Below, piece after piece: positions 19,501-27,262 of a DNA stretch of 64,000 nt. Numbering within the stretch: position 1 is the first letter of the stretch; each line of letters begins with the position of its first letter. The DNA comes from a virus, in IMG/VR virus record IMGVR_UViG_3300036770_006954, positions 32,001 to 96,000 of that record. One strand, 5' to 3'. The notes under the pieces were generated by a model that saw only the letters and a program-made list of their open reading frames with translations, searched no databases and was not told the DNA's origin. The position numbers and the translations under genes are program-made.

Positions 19501-19621
19501 GTTTTAATTTTTCTTATTCGGTTTTATTTTATTAGATAAATATTTGATTTGAAACGAAAAAACTTGACTTTTAAATATGTATTATTAAAGGGTATGTTTT
19601 TTTTCTACCTTTTTTCTTCCT

Positions 19622-19786
19622 ATGAAAAAAGAAGTCAAACAAATAAAGAATCTAAAGATTTCTCAAACAACGCATGAAGTTCTAAAAACTTATTGCGATA
19701 AAAATGGTTTTAAGATGTATCGTTTTTTAGAAAAACTTATTTTGGATACCTGTAAAGAACAAAAAGATATCTACGGAGAAAATTAA
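19622..19786 (+). CDS. Small ribbon-helix-helix DNA-binding protein (54 aa)
   Basis: MKKEVKQIKNLKISQTTHEVLKTYCDKNGFKMYRFLEKLILDTCKEQKDIYGEN: alternating beta strand, helix, Gly turn, helix. Divergent from the sheath; below the ORF-track size cutoff. Confidence 0.7.
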   Translation: MKKEVKQIKNLKISQTTHEVLKTYCDKNGFKMYRFLEKLILDTCKEQKDIYGEN

Positions 19787-20847
19787 ACCAATGTCGATTG
19801 AAACTCGATAAAGGCTTCTTCACTTGCAGTTTGTTTTACAATCTCAACCCTGAATATATCCCCAGTGTTGAGTTGGATTTGGTTTAAATTATCTCCATAA
19901 AAGTCTTCGTTGATAAAAATTGAATAACCAAATACATTTGAACTATTCACAAAAGATAGGTTCACTCGATAGTCCACTTGGTCATCAACTAAAGTACTAT
20001 TCTCCGCGGTGAAAAATAATTTATAAGTAAATTCATCAGGATTGGGGGGGATAATTTGTGTTCTTTTTCCCTTAGGCACTTGAGTATCTACTTCGAAAAG
20101 TTGAACTACACGAGAAATTGCGGGTTTAACCTCAAATTCTTCCTCGTCTATCAAGTAACCCAACATGGTAAAATCGTAACTTTGAATGTAGTAATTTCTT
20201 CTGTCAACATCGATTACTGATTCGTCTGAAATATTATTCATTATTATGGGAACATACTGACCCTTGATAAAAGTGTATGCTTGACGAGAAGAAAAAGTTT
20301 GAAGAACATTTTTGTTGAATGTATTCAATTCCCTCATCCTGTTACAAATAATTTTCACACTGTAATTTATATCTACTGGTACTGGTTGGGGTATAGTATA
20401 AACATCATAACCTTTTTGGTTACCATTCCATGTTGGAACTGTGGCATAATAGAATTGTTTTCTAACAGGAATCGTATATTGAGTCGATGGATTGGTTCCG
20501 TATTTCACCTCAGGTTGTCTTACAAGAGTAATAAAGGGGAGTTGTACGTTAAAATCATTGTCTTTGAAGTTCCAAGTTTCTGTAAACTGTGACCATCTTT
20601 GATTTGTTATAATTTTGTCAATAACATTGATGTCTTTACCGGATACAGTTGTCTTTAATTCATTTTTGACAAATTCTAACATCCCCCCATCCAAATCGGC
20701 ATGAAGAACACTCTGAGGAAGGTAAGTTCCATCTTCATTAATGAATTGTAAAAGTTGTTCTCTTCTGGCTGACAAAGTCTTTGGTGGGACCAAGTCAATA
20801 TCCATTTTAATTTGTTTCTTGAAAATAGGGTTTTTTGGAAGTGCCAT
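19783..20847 (-). CDS. Tail terminator/sheath stabiliser (T4 gp15-like)
   Basis: 'PQPVPVDINYSVKIICNRMRELNTFNKNVLQTF' and 'YDFTMLGYL' resemble gp15; located next to the sheath. Confidence 0.65.
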   Translation of the reverse strand: MALPKNPIFKKQIKMDIDLVPPKTLSARREQLLQFINEDGTYLPQSVLHADLDGGMLEFVKNELKTTVSGKDINVIDKIITNQRWSQFTETWNFKDNDFNVQLPFITLVRQPEVKYGTNPSTQYTIPVRKQFYYATVPTWNGNQKGYDVYTIPQPVPVDINYSVKIICNRMRELNTFNKNVLQTFSSRQAYTFIKGQYVPIIMNNISDESVIDVDRRNYYIQSYDFTMLGYLIDEEEFEVKPAISRVVQLFEVDTQVPKGKRTQIIPPNPDEFTYKLFFTAENSTLVDDQVDYRVNLSFVNSSNVFGYSIFINEDFYGDNLNQIQLNTGDIFRVEIVKQTASEEAFIEFQSTLV

Positions 20848-21362
20848 TATGTACCGTAAAATTCATTTTGACTTGTTGGTGTTGCAATGATTGTTCTATA
20901 GAACGGTTTGTAACCACCATAAGTATGTTTATTATCAGACACGACACGACCATCGTCAGATACGGTGTAGTATCTAACTTTATCTTCAGACTCGTAATAT
21001 CCAAGGTAATCACCCATTTGAATATCGACACCCAATTCTTCCAAGTAGGCACGGTAAACAGAGAATCTCATATTACCAGGTTCATTCTGTTCAACACGAG
21101 ATGTACCGAGTCTCTGAGCAGTGGGGGATAAGATTTGAACATAACCCTTTAGTTCAACAGGAGCAAGGAACTGAATTCCACCCTCTGGTGATTCACCATA
21201 AACATCATCAATTCGAGTACGGTATCTATCGATACGATACAATACCACTGTGAAGTTCATATCACCTTCTAACCATTCTTGACCCATGGAAATATCAAGG
21301 CTGTAATCTTCTCCACCGAAGAATTTACCTAAGCGCGTAATTGGAACTAATTTCTCTGCCAT
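20847..21362 (-). CDS. Neck/head-closure protein (T4 gp14-like)
   Basis: 'VVLYRID....DDVYGES', 'LEELGVDIQMGDYL'; translationally coupled to the gp15-like gene. Confidence 0.6.
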   Translation of the reverse strand: MAEKLVPITRLGKFFGGEDYSLDISMGQEWLEGDMNFTVVLYRIDRYRTRIDDVYGESPEGGIQFLAPVELKGYVQILSPTAQRLGTSRVEQNEPGNMRFSVYRAYLEELGVDIQMGDYLGYYESEDKVRYYTVSDDGRVVSDNKHTYGGYKPFYRTIIATPTSQNEFYGT

Positions 21363-21413
21363 AGTAGATATATTGATAAATACCTCTTTTTAATTTATAT
21401 TCTAAATAAAAAT

Positions 21414-21809
21414 ATGGAACTCATCTTACCAACTAAGATTTCGGTCAAACCAAGTGATATACATGGATTGGGAGTTTTTGCCACCCAAAAAATTTCAAAA
21501 GGTGAAGTTATTGAAGAAACTGCTCTTTTGGAACTCCCAATTCAAAAAGGAGAAAGAAGTACTCTTCTTATGAATCACCGTTATGTTTGGCCAAAAGGGG
21601 CTGAGTGGTATTGTCATGTGGTTGCCTTAGGTTGTGGTTCGTTATACAATCATTCTAATACACCTAATGCTGATTGGAATAATAATCTTGAAAATAATTC
21701 ATTTTTATTTACCGCGCTTGAAGACATAGAACCTGGTGAAGAAATTTTCGTTTATTATGGAGATGAAACATTTTGGGCAGATGGGAGGTCAAATATTGAA
21801 ATTAAATAA
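21414..21809 (+). CDS. SET-domain protein-lysine methyltransferase
   Basis: 'SDIHGLGVFA..I.KGEVIEE', 'GSLYNHSNTPNA', 'ALEDIEPGEEIFVYYG'. Confidence 0.9.
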   Translation: MELILPTKISVKPSDIHGLGVFATQKISKGEVIEETALLELPIQKGERSTLLMNHRYVWPKGAEWYCHVVALGCGSLYNHSNTPNADWNNNLENNSFLFTALEDIEPGEEIFVYYGDETFWADGRSNIEIK

Positions 21810-23563
21810 TGCCGATTGGAACAACAATAGAATCCAAAGCCATCTCAATTTTAGAGAACTACTCGGGGGCTAACAATTATATCTTGGGATTAAAAGTCAA
21901 ACTTGACAAAAACTCCAAGTTTTATCCTACGCGTAGTCAATCGGAATACATCATTAATAATCACTCCAAGACCCCCCTTGTTGCAAAAAAGTGGGTGGTC
22001 TTGGATTCTTATTTCGCAAATAAAATTGCAGATGAAAGATTTATGATGACAATTCCCGAGAGGATTTGGATTGAAAAATTGTTGGCAGAAAAAGACAAAG
22101 CCTATCACATTTGGGGAAAGTTTTCTGAAGGAGACCAACTTACCGACATGTGGATTCCTAAAGTAGCAATTATAAAAGACAATAAAGTTGAAATCTCTGA
22201 GGTGGATTACTCCAAGTATTCACACCGTCCACCCCTTGAACACCAAAAGGTTGCTATCGAAGAACTTTTAAAAAACAAGAAGTATATTTTGGCGGATGAC
22301 ATGGGATTGGGAAAGACCACCTCAACGATTATCGCCTCATTAGAAACGGGGACAAAAAAGATTTTGATTATTTGTCCAGCATCACTAAAGATTAACTGGC
22401 AAAGAGAATATCAACTTTACTCGGAAAAGACCAGCTTTGTTTGTGAGGGTAAGAATTATTCGGAAGACGCTGAAATTGTGATAATGAATTATGACATAAT
22501 CAAAAATTTCCACGATTCAAAAGACAGAAAGAATTCAATTATTCTGAACTCAAAGTTTGATTTGGTTATTATTGATGAGGCCCACTACATCCAAAATGTT
22601 CAAGCTCAAAGAACCAAATTAATCAATGACTTGGTAAGGGATATCGACCGTTTGTGGTTGTTAACGGGAACACCTATGACCTCTCGTCCTATTAACTACT
22701 TCAATCTTTTGTCGTTGGTGGATTCACCCGTTGCTAAGAATTGGATGGCGTATGTTGTTAGGTACTGTTCAGGTTATCAGTTCAAAGTTGGTCCAAGAAA
22801 AGTTTGGAATGTAATGGGTGCATCCAACTTGGAAGAACTAAGGGACCGAACTTCAACAACAGTTCTTAGAAGATTGAAAGAGGATGTTTTAGATTTACCC
22901 GAAAAAATTATCACTCCTGTCTACCTTCGTCTCCGTTCAAAACTTTATGAAGAGGTAATGGGTGATTATTACAATTGGTATGAAAAAAATCCTGAGGAAA
23001 GTAAAAACCTCTCGATTCAGTTCACTAAACTAACTCAGGTAAGACAAGTGATTGCTGAGGAAAAAACTCAACATACAATCGAACTCGCAGAAAACATTGT
23101 CGAGCAAGGAAAAAAAGTTATCATTTTTTGTAATTTCACTAAATCACTTGAAACCATCGTCAATCACTTTGGTAAAAGTGCTGTGAGGTTAGATGGGTCG
23201 ATGAGTAAAATTCAAAGACAAGATGCGGTTGACAGGTTTCAAGAGGATGATAAAGTAAAAGTATTTGTGGGGAACATCAAAGCTGCGGGTGTCGGGATTA
23301 CCCTAACCGCAGCAGAAGCGGTCATTATGAATGACCTTTCATTCCTTCCTTCAGACCACAGTCAATCTGAAGATAGGGCATACAGATACGGACAAAAAAA
23401 TAATGTTTTGGTGTACTACCCTATTTTCGAAAACACAATCGAGGGTATCATTTACGACATATTAAACACCAAAAAAAGAATAATAGCCACAGTTATGGGT
23501 GATACCCCTGATGAGACAAATATTGTTGAAGAAATTCTAAAGAGTATAAATCAGAGGAGATAA
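21809..23563 (+). CDS. SNF2-family (SMARCAL1/HARP-like) helicase/translocase
   Basis: 'LADDMGLGKT', 'IIDEAH', 'LTGTP', 'LRRLKEDVL', 'AAGVGITLT', 'QSEDRAYRYGQ'. Confidence 0.92.
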   Translation: MPIGTTIESKAISILENYSGANNYILGLKVKLDKNSKFYPTRSQSEYIINNHSKTPLVAKKWVVLDSYFANKIADERFMMTIPERIWIEKLLAEKDKAYHIWGKFSEGDQLTDMWIPKVAIIKDNKVEISEVDYSKYSHRPPLEHQKVAIEELLKNKKYILADDMGLGKTTSTIIASLETGTKKILIICPASLKINWQREYQLYSEKTSFVCEGKNYSEDAEIVIMNYDIIKNFHDSKDRKNSIILNSKFDLVIIDEAHYIQNVQAQRTKLINDLVRDIDRLWLLTGTPMTSRPINYFNLLSLVDSPVAKNWMAYVVRYCSGYQFKVGPRKVWNVMGASNLEELRDRTSTTVLRRLKEDVLDLPEKIITPVYLRLRSKLYEEVMGDYYNWYEKNPEESKNLSIQFTKLTQVRQVIAEEKTQHTIELAENIVEQGKKVIIFCNFTKSLETIVNHFGKSAVRLDGSMSKIQRQDAVDRFQEDDKVKVFVGNIKAAGVGITLTAAEAVIMNDLSFLPSDHSQSEDRAYRYGQKNNVLVYYPIFENTIEGIIYDILNTKKRIIATVMGDTPDETNIVEEILKSINQRR

Positions 23564-23603
23564 TCAGTAAATGTCTATTATTTATAGAGAAATAATATAG
23601 ACC

Positions 23604-25130
23604 ATGCAACATATACAAGAATCAGTAGAGAAGATAGAAAAACAAATTCTTCACGAACAAAAAAGAGAACAAGCCAAAGAACTTTTACAAGAGGGAAAAA
23701 AAATCGGAATAGAAAAATTACCCTACAGTTACTCAGCGGTAAAAAGATTTATCGACTCCGAAACAATGAATGTCCACTACAACAAACACTACAAAGGTTA
23801 CGTGGATAAACTCAACAACTTGTTATCAAAAAGAAAAGGTGACCATGACCTTGAAAAAATAATCAGAAGTATTTCAAAGTATCCCAAAGGAGTAAGAGAT
23901 AACGCAGGTGGTGCATTTAACCACGCACTTTTTTGGAATATGTTATCTCCCCAACCACAAAGAATTGGTAAGGAGTTACTTACAAAAATCAAAAAAGATT
24001 TCGGAACATTCGAGAAATTTAAAAAACAATTCGAAGAAGTTGCCAAACAAAGATTCGGTTCAGGATGGGTGTGGTTAATCCTCACCAACAAAGGAACCCT
24101 TAAGATTATGTCAACCCCCAATCAAGATAATCCATTGATGAATGTCATTGAAGGCGGCGGATATCCACTTTTAGGCTTAGATTTGTGGGAGCATGCATAC
24201 TACCTCAAATACAAAAACAAAAGAGATGAGTACATTAAGAACTTTTGGACTGTGGTCAATTGGGACTTTGTGGAAGATATGTATACACTCAAAACACAAA
24301 CCAAGTTATTGGAGTCACAAGAAATGGGTAAGATACTAATGGAAACAAAATCAGAATCGTGTACAAGGGGTGAAGTAGAGTTCTACCGAGTGTTATTCAA
24401 CAATAACCTCAGAGCAAGAGATATCTACAAGAACACCATTAATGATGTTCTTAGAAAGTTATTTTCAGAGAAGTACCACAACAAAAGAGAAAATGGTGAA
24501 ATACCTGGCGTTTACGATTTAGAAAAACCTGGTCGAAGTGTCATTAACTATATGAATACAAATTACTCAGTTTTTTGTATAATGGTCAGAGACCTGAACA
24601 GGGTAATTACCAAGTCACTCAAGGAAAAGGCGGTAACTTTTGATGGCAAAACCCCTGCGGAACAAATCTCAGAGATGAAGAGACTTTGTAACTACATTGA
24701 ACAATTTAGTCCGAGAATTTTCGACCCGAACAGTCAGACATTCCATTCAATTATGAATACCCTTAAGGAGAAAGACAATGTCGGTACTCGTAGAGAAAAT
24801 ATGGCACAGGTTCGTTTACAGGAAAGTATTCCCAACGCCAAGGTAATCGTAACTGCAGGTGCTGGTAAAACCAAAGATGCAATCAAAAAAATTGACATGG
24901 AAATTGTTGTTGAAAACTCAAAACTTACGGCACAGGTAAAAGGATACGATGAAATTTTGGAACAAGATGGTCGTTTGGTTGTGACTAAGACTGGTGAGGT
25001 TGCAAAATACAATGTCGATTGGATGGTATTTGTTAAGGGTAAAAAAGTGGTTGTTTTCGAAAACAAAGGTGAAATTGTTATGGGTAACTATGTTTTCGCC
25101 AAAAACCAAATGATATACGATTTGAGATAA
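23604..25130 (+). CDS. sodA: Mn/Fe superoxide dismutase fused to a C-terminal PD-(D/E)XK-like domain
   Basis: 'HYNKHY', 'NAGGAFNHALFW', 'FGSGWVWL', 'NQDNP', 'DLWEHAYY' with all four metal ligands; GG and NQD suggest Mn type. About 280 extra C-terminal residues include E..KIDME..AQVK. Confidence 0.85.
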   Translation: MQHIQESVEKIEKQILHEQKREQAKELLQEGKKIGIEKLPYSYSAVKRFIDSETMNVHYNKHYKGYVDKLNNLLSKRKGDHDLEKIIRSISKYPKGVRDNAGGAFNHALFWNMLSPQPQRIGKELLTKIKKDFGTFEKFKKQFEEVAKQRFGSGWVWLILTNKGTLKIMSTPNQDNPLMNVIEGGGYPLLGLDLWEHAYYLKYKNKRDEYIKNFWTVVNWDFVEDMYTLKTQTKLLESQEMGKILMETKSESCTRGEVEFYRVLFNNNLRARDIYKNTINDVLRKLFSEKYHNKRENGEIPGVYDLEKPGRSVINYMNTNYSVFCIMVRDLNRVITKSLKEKAVTFDGKTPAEQISEMKRLCNYIEQFSPRIFDPNSQTFHSIMNTLKEKDNVGTRRENMAQVRLQESIPNAKVIVTAGAGKTKDAIKKIDMEIVVENSKLTAQVKGYDEILEQDGRLVVTKTGEVAKYNVDWMVFVKGKKVVVFENKGEIVMGNYVFAKNQMIYDLR

Positions 25131-25147
25131 TCGCGGTATTTATAGGT

Positions 25148-26266
25148 ATGGCTGTATTACCTGAACCCGAAAGAAGTAGAATCTATACACGACTTCGTCA
25201 CCAACTTGGTGCACCATTAAGAGCTGTAGAACTCGAAGATGAAATGTTGGACTCCTTGATGGAATTATCCATTCAAGACTACGAGCAATACACTTTAGAT
25301 TGGCTTATTGAATCTAACTGGGTTAACTTGGTCAACCTCAATATGAACGAGAAATCCGTTGCAAGAGCTTTAGTCACTCGTACTTTTAATTTAGAAGACC
25401 AATTCACATACGCATATTCTAAGATTGTAGGTTTACAAACAACCGGTCCCTATGTTTTGAAAAAGGATTACTTTGTGTTAAGTGCCAACACACAATCTTA
25501 TGAAATTCCTGCAGGACGAGAAATCAATGAACTTTTGTGGTTTTCAAACCAACCATTTCAAAACCTGGCCCTTTGGGGTACAACTGACTATGGATTCGGT
25601 GGTTTAGGGTTGGGTGCTAACCAAGCGGGATATGCACAAATTGGGACCGCAGGGTCTTACTTTATGTTAAGTGGATTTGATTACCTACTCCGTTATCAAG
25701 AAGCAAACATTCTAAACAGAATCTTGGGTGGCGCATTAACTTATAAAATTACAGGTCTTCCTGATGGTAAACGACTGGTAACTCTTTATAATGCACCGGG
25801 TTCAAACTTCTCATGGAGTAATTACTCGGAGTATACAGGTAAAGCGGTTTGGTATTGGTATTATGATGTCGATGGTGACAGCCGTGCTCAATGTATCAAG
25901 GATAATCCTGATATCATCAAGTTACCTTCAGATGTACCTATTGAAGAACTTTCTTGGGAAGATTTGAATGTACCTGCACAACAATGGGTTAGAAAATGGT
26001 TTACCGCTTACGCCAAAGAAACACTAGCCCGAGTAAGGGGTAAATTCTCAGGGAATTTAAAGACTCCAGACTCAGAGCTCCAAATGGATTACCAATCTTT
26101 ATCTACAGAATCTAAAGATGAAAAATCCAAGTTAGAGGAAGAATTGAAGTTAAGATTGGAAAGACTTCGTCCTGAAAAACAAATGGAAAAAGAAGCATTG
26201 TTGGCAGAAAATCTAAACAAACAGATGAAGTTTAGAGCAATGCCAAGACAAATCTATGTAGTTTAA
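25148..26266 (+). CDS. Neck/head-tail adaptor (T4 gp13-like)
   Basis: 'RHQLGAPLRAVELEDEMLD..IQDY' and 'WVRKWFTAYAKETLARVRGKF' match the gp13 termini. Confidence 0.8.
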   Translation: MAVLPEPERSRIYTRLRHQLGAPLRAVELEDEMLDSLMELSIQDYEQYTLDWLIESNWVNLVNLNMNEKSVARALVTRTFNLEDQFTYAYSKIVGLQTTGPYVLKKDYFVLSANTQSYEIPAGREINELLWFSNQPFQNLALWGTTDYGFGGLGLGANQAGYAQIGTAGSYFMLSGFDYLLRYQEANILNRILGGALTYKITGLPDGKRLVTLYNAPGSNFSWSNYSEYTGKAVWYWYYDVDGDSRAQCIKDNPDIIKLPSDVPIEELSWEDLNVPAQQWVRKWFTAYAKETLARVRGKFSGNLKTPDSELQMDYQSLSTESKDEKSKLEEELKLRLERLRPEKQMEKEALLAENLNKQMKFRAMPRQIYVV

Positions 26267-26267
26267 T

Positions 26268-26645
26268 ATGGAACATCAAGAAAGACTGAAATCTATTTTT
26301 GAATTTTACCTCAAAACAATGGAGAAAAATTTTCAAATAGTTAATACTAAATTGAAATTACATCTTGACACCAAAAATAATTTGTCAAGCTACACATTTA
26401 TAATTGAGGTAATACAAGAATTTGATGGTATCGATTTTCAAGAAATGGCGACTAATCTGAATCAAACCGAAGGAAAATTACAAGAAATATTTAGTAGGAA
26501 TATTATAAACAAAAATTTCAAAATTTCGAATCCTGAGAGTTACCCTAATCTTTGGGTAGGGGTACTCCTTTATAAATTATTCGCAAGTCACGAACAATTT
26601 CAAATGGAAAGTGAATGGGAAATTTATGTAGAATTAAATGATTAA
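26268..26645 (+). CDS. Hypothetical protein
   Basis: 125 aa ORF tightly packed after the gp13-like gene. Confidence 0.55.
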   Translation: MEHQERLKSIFEFYLKTMEKNFQIVNTKLKLHLDTKNNLSSYTFIIEVIQEFDGIDFQEMATNLNQTEGKLQEIFSRNIINKNFKISNPESYPNLWVGVLLYKLFASHEQFQMESEWEIYVELND

Positions 26646-26652
26646 GTAAGTT

Positions 26653-26988
26653 ATGTCAGTAATTAAAAATACCCCCTCACAAAGAGTTATTAATGGTAAA
26701 ATGATAACCACATCTGAAACCGCTGTAGTTTCTGAGCCGTTTTACGAAACACATGGAGAAGCATGTATTGTTATCCGTGGAGTACCTCAAGCAAAAGTTC
26801 GTTTGGATAGTATATCTACCGACCATACAGTGGTCAAAGCAATGACAAAAGTCCTAATCGTTCCTGATATAGGGAGAATTGACGAGGACTATGATGAAAT
26901 CTTGATTGACAGAGGAGCTTGTGTGGAATTTAGATTCTGTGCCGGTGTTTGGTACATCATATCCTCTGACGGACTCAAGCAGTCATAA
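26653..26988 (+). CDS. Hypothetical beta-rich protein, possibly structural
   Basis: 111 aa; ends 'GACVEFRFCAGVWYIISSDG'. Confidence 0.55.
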   Translation: MSVIKNTPSQRVINGKMITTSETAVVSEPFYETHGEACIVIRGVPQAKVRLDSISTDHTVVKAMTKVLIVPDIGRIDEDYDEILIDRGACVEFRFCAGVWYIISSDGLKQS

Positions 26989-27262
26989 GTTCGAATTCAC
27001 CCAAATTTTTTACATTAATTTGTCGGATGGTCCCATCACCACTCAAAATTGGTGTCAAAGCACCTACTTTGGCTAAGTAATCCATGTAGTAAAACATGAA
27101 ATTTGGTAACACCAAATCAGGTCGAGTAATTGTAACACCGATGTGGTCCGGAGAGAATACACGAGTAGTGGTACCCACAGTTTTAGAGTTACCTTTTCTA
27201 ATAATCCAAAAGTCTGCTTCGGGATTATTTACCTTGAAGTCAAGAAATGTTTTCAGTTTCAT
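26975..27262 (-). CDS. Small protein resembling part of a type I R-M HsdS target-recognition domain
   Basis: Probable start MKLKTF at 27262; 'DFWIIRKG..VG', 'LVLPNFMFYYM', 'G.IRQINVKNLGEFEL'. Confidence 0.45.
   Translation of the reverse strand: MKLKTFLDFKVNNPEADFWIIRKGNSKTVGTTTRVFSPDHIGVTITRPDLVLPNFMFYYMDYLAKVGALTPILSGDGTIRQINVKNLGEFELMTA

Noticed and set aside
136-21362. Bacterial extracellular contractile injection system or tailocin
   Set aside because: Neck (gp13/14/15-like), DNA polymerase, helicase, dUTPase and PhoH genes indicate a complete phage
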